A stretch of DNA of 63,862 bases, the filler included, from Folioceros fuciformis (taxonomy: Eukaryota), in NCBI GenBank assembly GCA_049999805.1. It is 5 parts of 4 records of this genome, joined end to end, with 100 filler letters (N's around TTAATTAATTAA, not from the genome) between each part and the next. Parts side by side here need not be neighbours in the genome. Positions count along the whole stretch, not along the records: positions 33,977 to 44,942 come from JBNGIO010005393.1; positions 45,043 to 61,120 come from JBNGIO010005393.1; 3 more parts are not named here. The stretch is one strand, 5' to 3'. The notes beneath the pieces were generated by a model, which was not told the DNA's origin, did not search any database, and was given only the letters and a program-made list of their open reading frames with translations. Both the position numbers and the translations under genes were made by a program. This document shows, in pieces, positions 37,657 through 50,438 of the stretch. The number at the start of each line of letters is the position of its first letter. The first letter of the stretch is position 1.

Positions 37657-38083
37657 TCAAGGGCTGTTCACATAGGAACCCAGCATTTTGTGTAGGCTCA
37701 CTGTAAAGAACAGGCACATTTTGCCTTTTTCGGTATCTTTTGGTTGCCATACTACGCAGCAAGGCCCAGGACCGGGTGATGGCCGAGCTGTGGTCTCATG
37801 ACCTGCGTATTTTATGATCTTAAGAATCTACTACAAAAATAGCATCTCCTTGTTTTCTTGATGATACATAGCCTCGTCTCCTCTTGTCCTCTTCATTTTC
37901 GTTTGTATGCCTTGCTGCTTCTTCACGTCCGCTCTTGTGAGCGTGTGTCTAGCGCTAGCCCATGTGATCCTGTGCCTAGCGCTAGCCCATGCGACCGTGT
38001 GCCTAGCGCTAGCCCATGTGACCGTGTACACGCTTAGCGTTAACCCTAGTGTTATGTCTAAGAGTCTTCATTTGCTTGAGGCC

Positions 38084-39366
38084 ATGGATCTCATGTTATT
38101 TAATATGTTATTTGGCTTTCTCATGAAATCTTATGTAGAATGTATGGACCAACCTATGGTTTGGAGCTCACAATGGGATGCTGTTGTGATGAGTAATGAT
38201 GGATGTTTTGTTATTCCTTTAGTACTTTCATTGGTTGGAGCTTATTTCTTTGATTTGCATATTGAGCAGCATTCTTCAGCGAGATTCTGGTGGAAGTTTC
38301 CAAGCCAAAATACAACTTGGAGTTCGTTACATATGCATGCTTGGCACCCTATGGGGCAAGAACACTTGAATGTTCAATGGAGGAGGGAGTACAGGATGGC
38401 CTACACAACTTTCAAGGTTTTGGTGGAAGAATTACGTCCTTACATTCAAAAGAAGTCTAACAAGCCACCTCTACAACTTGAGCTTGGAGTTGCCATGGTC
38501 TTGCACAGGCTAGCTTATGGAGCATCTCCTAAAGTTGTCGCTAACACTTATGGAGTTGGACCGTCCACTGTGACAAAGTACACCAAGCTGATTACTAGCA
38601 TCCTTAGTAATCCAAGGAAGTTGGCTTCAAAGTTCATCAACATGCCAAGTGGCCAAAGACAAACAGCATGTACAGATAAGTTTTTTGCAATTATAAGAAT
38701 TCCAAATATGGTGGGTGCAATCGATGGTTCACATATCAAATTAGTTGCTAGGACTGCTAACAAGTACACTCCAGCTGTGTATTGGTCACGCCATGATATG
38801 CACAGTGTTATTCTTCAAGGAGTTTGTGACTATAATCATTTTTTTTTTAATGTAAGTTGCATTGCTCCAAGAGGCGTCCATGACTCTGTTGTGCTCTGGA
38901 AGAGTAGTGTGTGGGCCAAATTGCATCGACATGATATTTTGACAAAGCCAACAATACTGATTAAGAACACTAATGTTCGGTCTTTTATTGTTGGTGATAG
39001 TGTTTATCCAATTATGCCTTTTCTTATGAAGCCATATGATACACCAAGCTCATCAGATAAGCGAAGGTTCAATAAAAATCTTCGCAAAGGAAGGGTGAAA
39101 ATTGAAAACGCCTTTGGATATTTGAAAAACAATGGCGTATTTTGAGGGACATAAATGTGGCTCTTCCTAATGTTGCGCAAACTGTAGTAGCTTGCATAAT
39201 GCTACATAATTTTTGCATCATGCATAGGGAGCCTGATGTGGCTAATGTGTGGGAAAATCCAGACCCTTATCCCATGCAACATCAACCATTTTATTTGGAG
39301 AATGCCGTAGAGGAACAACTTCAACGAGTGGGCATCGAACAAAGACAAGCATTGTTGGAGTTTTGA
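38084..39366 (+). pseudogene. Harbinger DDE transposase (frameshift near 39140)
   Basis: GAIDGSHI, HDSVVL, GDSVYP, IENAFG and ACIMLHNFCI motifs. The start codon is uncertain. Confidence 0.85.
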
Positions 39367-39589
39367 GTTATAACAAATCGTGGCTAGGTTGTATAGAATT
39401 TGATGAGGGTACATACAAAGTTATTGTATGTTGGGTACTTGTTTGTTACACTAACAAACAAGCGCTATTGTTTGTTACACTAAATATAAAGTTATCTTAC
39501 TCACTTAGAATAACACATAAAAAAAACAATGAGCTCCACAAACTCAAAAACAAATATGCAAAATCACTTCTCATCATCAAAGTCTGAAG

Positions 39590-40711
39590 TAGGCCTACTC
39601 CGTTTTGTTCGTGCTCAAGAACTAGCAAACAATTCTGCTATTTTCAGTTGGACTTCGGCTTGCATTTGTTGACTTTGTAAGTCATGAAGACTCTAGCATG
39701 TTCCACACTCTGCATGAACTCAAGTCTTTGTCTCTCTAACTCCCATGCATGAAGCAACTTAGCTTCCTCAATCTGCACATAACTTTGAGCAAAAGCTTGC
39801 ATACCTTCACGAAAATCTAACTTGTTACTAAAAGATAACTTCTTGGTCTTTCCTTTGCCTTGACTTCGTTGTGCATACACCCCAGCAGGCTTCTCTATTT
39901 GTGATAGAGGAGTATCTGGCGTCCTTTGCCCATCATCGGCACAAGAATCTGCAGCTGGCTATGAGGACGGAATTGGAGGTGGTGTGGTGTTCTTGCCATC
40001 AAGTTTAGGTAGGGAGGTTGCAGTATCTTCGTTGAGGTCTTCATTCTCAAGGTCGATGACATGTAGAGTGGTTGGGTCCTCATGAACTATAGAAGTACCA
40101 TCAACTATAAAAATCCCCACATCAATTGCACGTGGAATGCCACAAAACTTAGGATTTGTGCCCAAGAAGGAGTCCAATTGCTCAAGGAAAGGCCAAGAGC
40201 TTGGTGTTCCCCTTGTTGCATGCTTTGCCTTTTCTCCCTCTTGCTTATATTTCTTCTTCATTGCCTCTACCTTCTGCTCACGTTGCTTCCGACAAACACT
40301 CTAAGTGCAATATGAGGAAACCAAGCTGCAAATTTCCTGCCAATGCTTTACCTCTAGATTTCCTTTGTTGACTTGAAAATACTTCTCTTGATATAGCGTG
40401 ATCAACCTCCCTGTCCCTTCATCTATCCAGGTCGCCTTTTCTTGACCAACTAAACGGCTGCAATGGTGAAGGTGCCCTTGAGGAAACTCAGAAACCGAGC
40501 GCGGCATGTCGTAAACTAAGCGTGGCAAATCCGAAGCTGAGTGTGGCAAGTTGGAAGTTGAGTGCGGGATAGCAGAGACCAAGTCGGAAGCAGAGCGTGG
40601 CAGGTTGGAAGTTGAGCGCGGGAGAGTGGAGACCGAACATGGCAGGGCAGAGGCAGAGCGTGGCAAGTCAGAATGTGGCAAGTCCAAAACGGAGTGGGGT
40701 AGATCAACCAT
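39590..40711 (-). pseudogene. Harbinger Myb/SANT-like accessory protein
   Basis: KATWIDEGTGRLITLYQEKY...HWQEIC...KVEAMKKKYKQE...SSWPFLEQLD, with N-terminal 21-bp DLPRSAS-type repeats and internal stops. Confidence 0.8.
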
Positions 40712-41140
40712 GGCTTCCTAGGGCGCAAAATAAGCTGGTACGAGGCATACGAGGCAGCTAGAAGATCAAGAGGGAAGGGCGAGAGCCATCAAGTACGTAA
40801 TCTACCATAAACCATCAACATCCCGGGCGATAAAATACACTTGGGATGGAGCACGGGTGCAGACATTGTGGTATGGAGACACTCCGACTGCAGACATTGT
40901 GGTATGGAGACACTCCGACTGCAGGGTGTGGTCGCAGTCGCAGTGATGCTGGCAGGACGTTAGCTTTTTTTTAGGTGAGCCTGGCGAGTAGGGAAGCTGC
41001 CGCATATCGTTCTGCTCTCTGAATTTCTTATGTGAACATGCCATCAGTTTTCGTGCAGTTTCCCTAAAATACAATAAGCCAAAACGAACTGCGCAGTGAC
41101 GGGCCACTTGTCGCATGCATTGTGAACGGCGCTTGTGAGG

Positions 41141-41409
41141 GTATTGCATCGATATCATATCCCGTTCACATGAATATTGTAGCATATTCTGGAGCAAAAT
41201 TGGGAGCTTGGCGTTTCTTAGGCCAAGGACGGCCCACTCACAACCCGGGCTTTCCCCTTGGGTCAAGAAACAAGAGGTGGTATTCCATCGATATCATATC
41301 CCGTATTGTAGCATATTCTGGAGCAAAATTGGGAGCTTGGCGTTTCTTCGGCCAAGGACGGCCCACTCACAACCCGAGCTTTCCCCTTGGGTCAAGAAAC
41401 AAGAGGTGG
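41141..41409. repeat. Tandem duplication (~130-140 bp x2)
   Basis: TATTGTAGCATATTCTGGAGCAAAATTGGGAGC...GGTCAAGAAACAAGAGGTGG occurs twice. Confidence 0.85.
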
Positions 41410-44400
41410 GCCTCCTGGTGTACGTACATTGCCGATCGTTGAACTGATCTCCAACCGTGGAAATTATTCGCACGTGATTTCATTCGATTCTCAGGGGCTG
41501 TGCATAGCAGGATTTCAGGACCGACATATCATTCACGCGCCTCAGTTACTTCTTCCTAGTGGATAGGACAGGTCCACAACTGGAGAAGTTATCTGGTGTG
41601 GTGTGCGCGTGAAGAAAACAGCAGCCATCGCAGGTAGGAGAGCTGTTTCCTCTCAAGCATTGCATGTGGAGAGCCTACTATGACATTTTGGGTGGAGACT
41701 AAACCCGGTGGAGTTGAACAGCTTGGATGAATTTGCACTGGCCACCGCGTGGGGGAGATGGACGCCAAGAGGTAGAAAGAGAGAGATCTGTGTCCATTTG
41801 GTTACTGGGAAATCCTTATCCACGTGTTGCTTTCTGCACAAGAAAGGATACTGACATGAACGTTGAGAGTTATGATGTTGTGCTGCCAGTTGGAGGTCCG
41901 AGTAGCTTGAAATGTGGCTTTGTCAACCGAGTCTGCCCACATTGTGAAGAGTCGGCGACTCGGCCCCTCATCACGGCCCAAATCACATGCGCATCTGGAC
42001 ATGAAATCTAGCAGAAGTGGCCTTCAGACTCGTGAACTCCGCCCAGCAGCTTGGACAATTGCTGCAGGCACACCACATTCGAACACTGTGTCCTCGCGGC
42101 TGGAGAAAGCGGTGACGACATGGAGTCCTCTGATTGGCTGGTTGCTGGGAATGCAAAATGTGGCCATCAGCGGGACGTGTAAGCAACCGGAACTCCAGAC
42201 GCTGGCCATGAGGGATGGATGTGTTGCGGTTGCCAATGCTGGGTCTGGTGCTTTCTTCTTTGGAACAAGCAGTACTGGTACTCGAGCAGAAGGGGAGGAT
42301 CGGTGCACTAAACAAGAGTGGGACGAGGACTGCAAATTGGGATGCTACTGGGAGGCAGGTGTGGTAGGCGTGCATCCGAATTGTGAGGAATTGATCGAGA
42401 TGAGATGTAAGCGGGATTGTTGATCGCTCGGCCACAACAGATGAAGTGGCACGGCCGCCCTCGTTGACGGGGATGCATCGCATGATCAGCGAGTGAAACG
42501 CCAAACACGCGCTTTCGCTTCAGTTTCACGCAGGGGAGTCGCCGGCAACGTTCTTCCACCGACATTCTGGAAGACCTGGATTTCGTGAAGGGAGCGACCT
42601 GGTATGATTCTGTGGCAGCTGGCAACAGAAGTGTCAGTACGGTCCGCAGGCTTGCTGTTGTCTCATATTGCCCACATGTTAAAATTTTGAGAGGCTGAAA
42701 CCTTCGAATATTAACAGCTCTACACACAAGGAAAGCCGATGAGTATGACGTTTTACTCTGTTGTCCCGTCCAGTGCAGCATCTCCGCTGGATGCTGTCCA
42801 GTGACGTTGTCCGCTTTACCGTTGACGGCAGAAAAGCCACTTTCAATACGAAAACGCGCTCCCTTCACTTCCCAGACAATCCTTGAGGAAGGGGAGAAGA
42901 CTGTAGACAAAGCCGATGCTGATGAAGTGTGAAGGCAGGTATGTCGTTTGGATTTCACTCTGCATAGCTAAAAACTTAAAGGGACAGGGTTGACGTCATC
43001 ACCTCTGACGCCTGCAAGTGGCTCCTGCAACCGAGACACCCCGCCTACCTCGAACCCACCAAAAGACCGAGAACATACATACGTTGTGGGCAAAATGATA
43101 GTGGCAGTAGTTCCAAAGCGTCTGGATCGTGTGAAAGCCTGACTGACCTGTGAGGAGGCGTGCAAGGCAAGCGCGGAAAGCTAGCGACGGCGATGTCGGT
43201 GCACTGCGTGATGCGTTTGTGTCAGTCCCAGAGTGTCGTATGTAATACTCTGGATTTGAGCCGGCACCATACAGGTACGTATGTATACACCATTTCTGCA
43301 GCAGTCGGCCCGCGTGTTGCAGCGATGGTGTCACGCTGTCGTATCCTATTCCACGTCTTCTGCTCCTGGGACTGGGCCTGGGCCCTGCCCTGTTGCACAA
43401 TTATCAGTCTCCACGTTTCTTGACGACGATACTGTATTACTGCGCGGTCCGAGGATTGGGAGCGTCCAACGTGAAGTAATTTTCATCACAGATTCACAAC
43501 CACGGGTCGGCGGGGCGTCCAGCTTACGCATTCGGCCGCAGCTGGAGGCTCTTCCGCGCAGTCAGGGAAGGAGGAGCTACTTTTCTCTGGTGCCTTGCAC
43601 GACACACGTGCCAGGAGGAAGCGAAACGTGAAACGTTACCTCGTGCAGTGCAAGTTGTGTCGGCGACTCCAACTTTGGACAAGAGCATCCGGGAAACGAG
43701 CAGGAGGAGCGGATACGAATACGCGAATCACAGCTATCCGCTGGAGACGTTAAGGGATATGTTTGTTGGAGCGGATGGTGGAGATGTGAGTAGGCTAGGT
43801 TGCAGTGTAGAGGCAGGCGCGTGCGCACCAAACCTGGCTGGGTTGGTCACCACACTGCACGACTCGCCACGTTACGCCGTCGGAACAGCGCTTGCCAGGC
43901 AGGCCGACAACGCTGGAACCGAGAATGATTGGCTGGGACCCGGTGCGCTGCATCACACTGCGTCGGCTGGCACAGATGTGGGAAGTCAGTAGGTGAGCTT
44001 GGAAGGCTGGTGATCTGGGAGGGAGAGTGGTGAGATTTTGGCATAGGTAAAGGTGGATGGATGATGATCGTCTCCTGACCCAGCAACGTCCTCCCCCCAT
44101 CTCCGCCAGGGAAATGCATTACGCGCAACAGCGCAAGGCCGTAGCGCTGTCACCTTGTGGTGGACCCGGACCGGCACCAGACCCCCGCAACCACATCCCC
44201 ATCCCGCTGCTGTGCCACTGCTGCCACGCCCACAAGTATAATCTTTCGGTTCCGTCCGCTCCGGGATCAAACGATCGCAGCCCACATTGCCTGTAGCCCC
44301 AGCCTGCCCTTTATCACTCCCGCTGCTGCTGTCTCCTCCCGCCATTGCAGCAGCGAGCTCCCGAGTCGCTCCTGACTCCCGGATTCGAGCTCGCCTGGAG

Positions 44401-44676
44401 CAGGTCTTAGATCAGTCGGCCTGCGATGCTCCATCGTCGGCATGGATCCTTGGTCGACTCTCAGCCCAGCTCCTGCATCGCCCGAGTCGGGCTTGCTGTC
44501 ATATTCTGCTGTCAAGCATTGTAGTTGTTGGTCGCTGACGGGAAGGATCGTGTTGTGATGGTGCCGTGTTCGTGTTGCAGGTAGCTTCCAGCTTGCGACT
44601 GAGTGTGGACGTGTGTTTGGATTGAGCGTGATTGAGCACTACTGGAAGTCGTGGGTTTGCTTATAGCGCGGGAACC

Positions 44677-45812
44677 ATGGGGACTCGAAACATACAGGTT
44701 GCGAGGGTCGCATGGGTAGCGTGCCTCCTGCTTCTGTCAGTGCTATCTGCGCAGGCTGGGTTGCAGTCGGTTCATAGCGGAAGCCGGAAGGAGCTGAAGG
44801 AGGAGACCCCAGCACCACCATCTCGCAGACACCGGCCGCATCATGAAAGCGGGAAACCTCGGCGTGGCCACCACACCAAGCATCCGACTCCTCCCTCCCC
44901 CGGGCATCATGAGCCCCCTCACAAGGGCCATAAGCCCAAACANNNNNNNNNNNNNNNNNNNNNNNNNNNNNNNNNNNNNNNNNNNNTTAATTAATTAANN
45001 NNNNNNNNNNNNNNNNNNNNNNNNNNNNNNNNNNNNNNNNNNCAGGCTCGCCTTACGGCTCCCCACCATTGCCAGGCTCGCCTTACGGCCCCCCACCATT
45101 GCCAGGCTCGCCTTACGGCTCACCACCATTGCCAGGCTCGCCTTACGGCTCACCACCATTGCCAGGCTCTCCTTACGGCTCCCCACCATTGCCAGGCTCT
45201 CCTTACGGCTCGCCACCATTGCCAGGCTCGCCTTACGGCTCACCACCGTTGCCAGGCTCTCCTTACGGCTCCCCACCATTGCCAGGCTCTCCTTACGGCT
45301 CCCCACCATTGCCAGGCTCGCCTTACGGCTCCCCACCGTTGCCAGGCTCGCCTTACGGCTCCCCACCGTTGCCAGGCTCTCCTTACGGCTCCCCACCATT
45401 GCCAGGCTCTCCTTACGGCTCCCCACCATTGCCAGGCTCTCCTTACGGCTCCCCCCCATTGCCAGGCTCCCCTTACGGCTCCCCACCGTTGCCAGGCTCG
45501 CCTAACGGCTCCCCGCCATCGCCAGGCTCTGGTCCCGGCCTTTCGCCACGTTCTCACAATGGTCCGGCTCCCTCACCAGGCTCTCTTCCCGTCTCATCCA
45601 CGCCCGGTGGTGAGGGATCACCAGCTCCTCAGCCTTCGTCGGGGGGTGGAGACAAGAACGGGTTGTCACCGGGTGCCAAGGCAGGAATTAGCATTGGTGC
45701 CATTGTCGGTGCTGCTTGCCTAATCGGAGCAGGATGGATGGTGGCCAAAAAGAGAAGGGCGGCCCCTCCTCCTCCTGCGCCTGCTGCTGCTGTCGCCCAC
45801 ACATATGGCTAG
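44677..45812 (+). CDS. Pro/His-rich type-I membrane glycoprotein (HRGP-like); spans a linker gap
   Basis: Signal peptide ..VAWVACLLLLSVLSAQA, a His/Lys/Pro-rich segment, (PGSPYGSPPL)n repeats, then GLSPGAKAGISIGAIVGAACLIGAGWMVAKKRR (TM plus basic stop-transfer). Continuity across the gap is inferred. Confidence 0.75.
45043..45530 (+). repeat. 30-bp coding tandem repeat, ~16 copies
   Basis: CCAGGCTCGCCTTACGGCTCCCCACCATTG units; variation is mostly synonymous. Confidence 0.95.
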
Positions 45813-46890
45813 TCCAAGTCTTCGTTCCGACCTACGCCATCCTTGAAACCATGACCAGTTGTGTTGGACAGATTTGTTGTGTAAACTATTAATTCACGAT
45901 TAATTTGTATAGAATGCTATGCCACGATTTGCCTCGATTGCTGACAACTTTCTTGTGGGTGAGTCAATGTGAGCTTGCTCAACGTCCAGTGTTTGCTGAA
46001 GACCTCATGGTCTAGCTTTCGCTCTTAAAGGAGGGGCTCACTGTTCTCTTTTCCAGTATGTGTTGAGATGGTTTCAAGTTCAGTTCTAAATAGCTCAGCC
46101 ATTTTTCCCACAAGTTTGAGTGCGCCGCCAGAACTCGTTGTGATTCCTTTGCTCACGGTTGTACAAGCATAGACTTGCCCAAATCGACACACAATTCTAA
46201 CCGTTCACATCACTCAATACGTCAGGTAAGTGCGCGTAACTGCGTGTGATGCAACTATTAAGCACGGTGAACGCATTCCGGACGTCCCTTCCTTCCATAC
46301 GAACGGGAGGTGGACACAACCCCTTCGAATTCGACAGCAACACCACGTCCGGACTGTGCGTTAGTTGCCGGCTACGACATCAGCTTGAAAATTCCCAGCA
46401 CTCCGGGAAGGCGGAGCTCGCACATGAACGACGACAGATAGTTGTCCCCTTTAACAAATTCCACACGAGAACACCACCAAAGCCTTGAAGGCCCTTTCCC
46501 GACATTTTCATGTCCCATCCCCACTGTACATAATAAACCTCACAGAAACACCCTTGAGGTGTTTTTAAGTCCGTCCAGCACCGTGGCTAGGAGCAGGTAG
46601 ATCACATTGGGGCACCTTCTCCGTAGCCTTGCCTAGCGACCTGGTAGTAGATAGCTGCCGTGATCTCCAGAATTTCGCGTGCCCTTAGGGCTTCCAACAT
46701 TTCAGGGCCGAATAGCTCTTGCATGTATTCTCGGTTCTCAGGACAGAGACGCACTTGAACACCACAAACCCCTCCATCGTCACTCTACTCTGCGTTCAGA
46801 GGCTACCTACGTTCAACAAACCACACATCCATGCTCCATCCGCCAAACCTTGGGCTTCTCACACGTCGGTCCAGACATTGTTCCAACGTG

Positions 46891-47268
46891 CTAATATTCC
46901 TTCGGAGGCGCCTGAGTTGGTAGCAGCCCAAACCTCTTCTTCAAGGTGATGCGCTGCTTGGAGAACTTGTCATCAGGGGAGAACCGCGCTGCAGCCACCC
47001 AGAATCAAAGTGCAAGCAACCCATTAGCAGCCAGAAATTCCCGCCAGATCCATGGCAATGCAAAACCAACAGAACGAGGACTTTGCATACCAGGATGTGC
47101 CGACTGACTTGGCGTCCCAGCTGGGTCTTCCTTCTGCAGTACAGCACGAGAAGAATTGAAAATAATTCACAATGCGAGTTCTCGGAACCCCAGGTGCAAT
47201 CCAGTGAGACTTACCTTCAGAGTATAAACCTTGTCACCGTTGTCGTTAATATAGAACATGAGATACAT
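46891..47268 (-). CDS. NOP10: H/ACA snoRNP subunit NOP10, 64 aa; exons 47268-47215, 47133-47091, 46988-46891
   Basis: The spliced product is [64 protein letters not shown], with canonical GT-AG introns. Confidence 0.96.
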
Positions 47269-47415
47269 GGTGGGAGGAAAGGTTTTCGGGTTGGGCAGAA
47301 AGAGGGAGATGCCAGGAGGGGTAAGGTAGAGGAGAGCAGAGCCTGGATAGCAAATGTAGAGCGATCCCCAGAAGGGCGACACGAAGAGACCCACGGCCCA
47401 ACACGCAGCCTCCGT

Positions 47416-47593
47416 CTAGGGTTTCTCCCCTCAAGTTGCAATTTGGTCGTCCCTTTCCGCAACGACGGGCGGCGTGAACTGAAGTCTCTTCCGGTCTCTT
47501 GCGGTCTCTTCCGTAAAACTGAAGTCCAAGCAGACTGTCACTTGGAAAGAGTTCCATCTAGACTCCCTCCAAAGCTGCAAAAAAAACCCTAAA
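47416..47593. promoter_or_regulatory. Telo-boxes upstream of NOP10
   Basis: TAGGGTTT at ~47417 and AAACCCTAA at ~47585. Telo-boxes are typical of plant ribosome-biogenesis gene promoters. Confidence 0.55.
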
Positions 47594-47752
47594 ATGCTCT
47601 GCGTTAGGAAGTTACCTTTGTAAGAGGAAGTTACCTCTCTAACACGAAGTTATCTCGTTTGAAGACAAAGTTACCTCTTTGGGAGGTCTCTAACCCATAA
47701 TGACGAACTGCGAGGCATTCTTTACTTTGCTTGAGAGTCGTTCGTTTGTGTG

Positions 47753-48141
47753 TATGGCATACCAAAGGGGACACTCTTTCACTATACTGTTTTTAATGGT
47801 TTCCCATGGGGTATCTAATCTAATATTTTCTTTTGATGCCTATATTTTTCCGATCTTTTTGGTAAACCAACCTAGCTGGATGCCGCACCAAAGGGGACAT
47901 GGCTCAACCGTTACAGCCCGTTATGGGCTGGATGTTGGTAACCTTAGGGCAGAAAGCCCAAACACCCCCCCTAACCATAGTGGGGGTGCGCCCGTGCTTG
48001 GGCAAGATATGCTTGCGAAGTGCAAGCATGTCTGGTTTGGTTTTGGCCTTCAAACTCGCGCACGCGCCAAAGCAGATGCATAACCCATGTGTCTCTAAAA
48101 AAACCTAGAGAGAAGGGGCTTGTCCCCTTTGGTATGCCATA
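47753..48141. mobile_element. MITE with TIR (TA)TGGCATACCAAAGGGGACA
   Basis: Perfect 21-bp inverted termini including TA; non-coding. Confidence 0.8.
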
Positions 48142-48482
48142 TGTGTGCCTGAAAGGGTTGCACTAAAGAACGACCCTCCAAGGGAAAAGTAGTCTTGTAC
48201 ATGGTACGGCATGCCAGAAGGGAAAGAGCATATCACCTTTTTTTTTCACACATTTGTCCCGTTCACTGCCAAGACGGACGTGAAAGCTCAAAGCCAAAGT
48301 GGAAAGTGGACATACCGTCGGTCCAATCCAAAAACCCAAACGGAACATGACACCCTTAGTTTATCACTTTATGTATGGAAAAGAAAAACATGACACTCCA
48401 AGGGTGACGCACCTTGCCAAAATGGTCATTCACTTCCTTGCTCTTTTCCGCAGAAAAATGGTGGCTTTCTTAACGGGAAGGC

Positions 48483-49047
48483 TATGGCATACCAAAGGGG
48501 ACACGCCCCCTCTCTCTAGGATTTTTTACAAACACACCAGTTATGCTATGAGCATCCCCTTTGGGGCGTAGGTCAGTTTGACGGCCAAAATATGAGCATC
48601 CCCTTTGGGGTGTGGGTCAGTTTGACGGCCAAAACTAAACTGGACAGCATGAATTCCATGCACGAGAACCCCTAAGCAAGGGCTCATGCACTCAGCCTCC
48701 TTGCCTCCCCCCTTCCTACCATCTAGCCTAATACCATACCAATGCCCTCCACCTCCAACGGGGTCACAAAGAATATTCTTTGAAGATCCAACCCTAAAAG
48801 AGAATATTCTGTAAAGATCCAACTCTAGGGAACATGAAACCTATATAACAAGTTTTCAAAGTGTGAACATGAAAACGAAGAGTTGTGGTGTTTTTTCTGT
48901 GTACCCTTTGGTGCGGAGTTCAGTTTGGTTGGTTTACCAAAACGGATAGGAAAAATATAGCCATCTAAATGGAATATTCGAGTAGATACCCCATGGGAAA
49001 CCCTTGAAAAATGTATAGTGAGAGTGTGTCCCCTTTGGTATGCCATA
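48483..49047. mobile_element. Second MITE of the same family, opposite orientation
   Basis: Same TIRs. 48899-49047 is the inverted match of 47753-47899, and 48483-48560 matches 48065-48141. Confidence 0.8.
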
Positions 49048-50214
49048 TAAGGCACACCATGTTTATACTCCACAAAGATCCCATTATGTGAATCTATGCA
49101 ATACCAAGCTTCTTTACTCCACATCAACCTATAAATTTGTAGTCCAAAGCACTAATTTCCTATGGTAGCCTACAAAGGCCATTTTATAGCTTTCCAAATA
49201 AATTTGCATAGTGCGTTTCTCCACAATCTCTTTCAGTTGTAGGGCAGCATGCCCAACCCTACAAAGAGGCAACCTTCATTATCCAACCTACTCTTAACCC
49301 TCCCCACACTGCTCTCTATCAAAAGTGCCCCACTCCTGCCTACAAGCCTCTTCCTTGATTCTTCTCATATAAATATGGTTTGAAGAAGGTTGATAGCTCT
49401 CCATGTTCATAAGGTGGACTCTTCTTTAGTCCCCATCCACAATTGGTCTTCAACTCTTAAGCCCCCATGCTTGCAATACAAGAAAGGATTGCATCTTGGA
49501 AAGGATTGTGAAGAGTTGTAGTACATGTTTGGATACTAAGTCGCAACACGTGATACTTCCCTACAACTCGACTAGGCAGGGTTATGTACAATGCGGTTGC
49601 AAAAGGCTTTTGTGGTGGCAAAACCCTGGGCAACTGTTTGTCAAAGGGTTCGACCTTTAGTGTCCACACTTATCCCACTGTCATTGAGACATTGGGTTTC
49701 GTTCCCACGAAGGAGCAATGGGGTTCCTTGCTGCTATGGATGGAAGGTCGGACTCAATCAACTTGATGACGGATTCAAGGGCTCCCCTCCAGCTGCTATC
49801 AGGCATGGGACAGCCCTCGCTGCCCAGGGGTCGAATGCACCCCTCTCGGTGCCTACAAGTTCACTCCAGCCACTACAATGACACTAACCTCTAAGGTCTG
49901 CAACTTCCCTCACTCTCTTCACTCACTCACTCACTCCAGCACCAACAACAACACCACTACCTTCTACACTTCTCTATGTCATGACTCCCCGACTCAGCAA
50001 GAGTCACTAAACTAACCCCAAGGTAGAGAAAGAGGGAAACACACTCCCCTCTCGGATTCCTCCTTCCCACAACCTTACCAAACACCATGAAACATGGCCG
50101 GCATATAGCACTTGTCCAATCAGGAAACAAGAGTGTATAGGTCAAGAGAAAGACACATCCTTTACAATAAGAGCTAGGAGCAAGCCCCTTCACCCTAGCC
50201 ATCACACCTCATGA

Positions 50215-50412
50215 TCCTACCAGATGCTGTACAACTGGCAACATGCTGCTCACGATTCTACCAGATGCTATACAGCTAGCAACACGCTACTTGCGATTCT
50301 ACTAGACATTGTACAGCTAGCAACACGCTGCTTGCGATTCTACCAGACACTGCACAGCCGGCAACACACTGCTGGCAATTCTACTAGACGCTGTATAGCC
50401 GGCAACACGTTG
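50215..50412. repeat. 41-bp tandem repeat, ~5 copies
   Basis: GATTCTACCAGATGCTATACAGCTAGCAACACGCTACTTGC-like units. Confidence 0.85.
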
Positions 50413-50438
50413 TTCGTCTTGAACTAAGCAAGGTCATA

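Larger units (their letters stand above)
37660..41043 (+). mobile_element. PIF/Harbinger family A, near full length, TSD TCA
   Basis: Left TIR AGGGCTGTTCACATAGGAA and right end TTCTTATGTGAACATGCCA, with TCA on both sides (37657-37659, 41044-41046). It carries a transposase and a convergent Myb-like gene. Confidence 0.85.

Noticed and set aside
37907-38083. Hydrophobic N-terminal extension (VCLALAHV repeats) on the Harbinger transposase ORF
   Set aside because: It derives from short subterminal GCTAGCGCTAG repeats whose number differs between the two copies; probably non-coding.
44995-45557. Minus-strand repetitive ORFs (MVGSRKESLA, WWGAVRRAWQ)
   Set aside because: They are antisense shadows of the 30-bp coding repeat; synonymous variation favours the plus-strand Pro-rich frame.
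46200-46880. Possible snoRNA downstream of NOP10
   Set aside because: No convincing C/D or H/ACA box and hairpin arrangement is visible.
49100-49900. Possible retroelement coding remnant
   Set aside because: No RT, RNase H or integrase motif is recoverable by eye in any frame.
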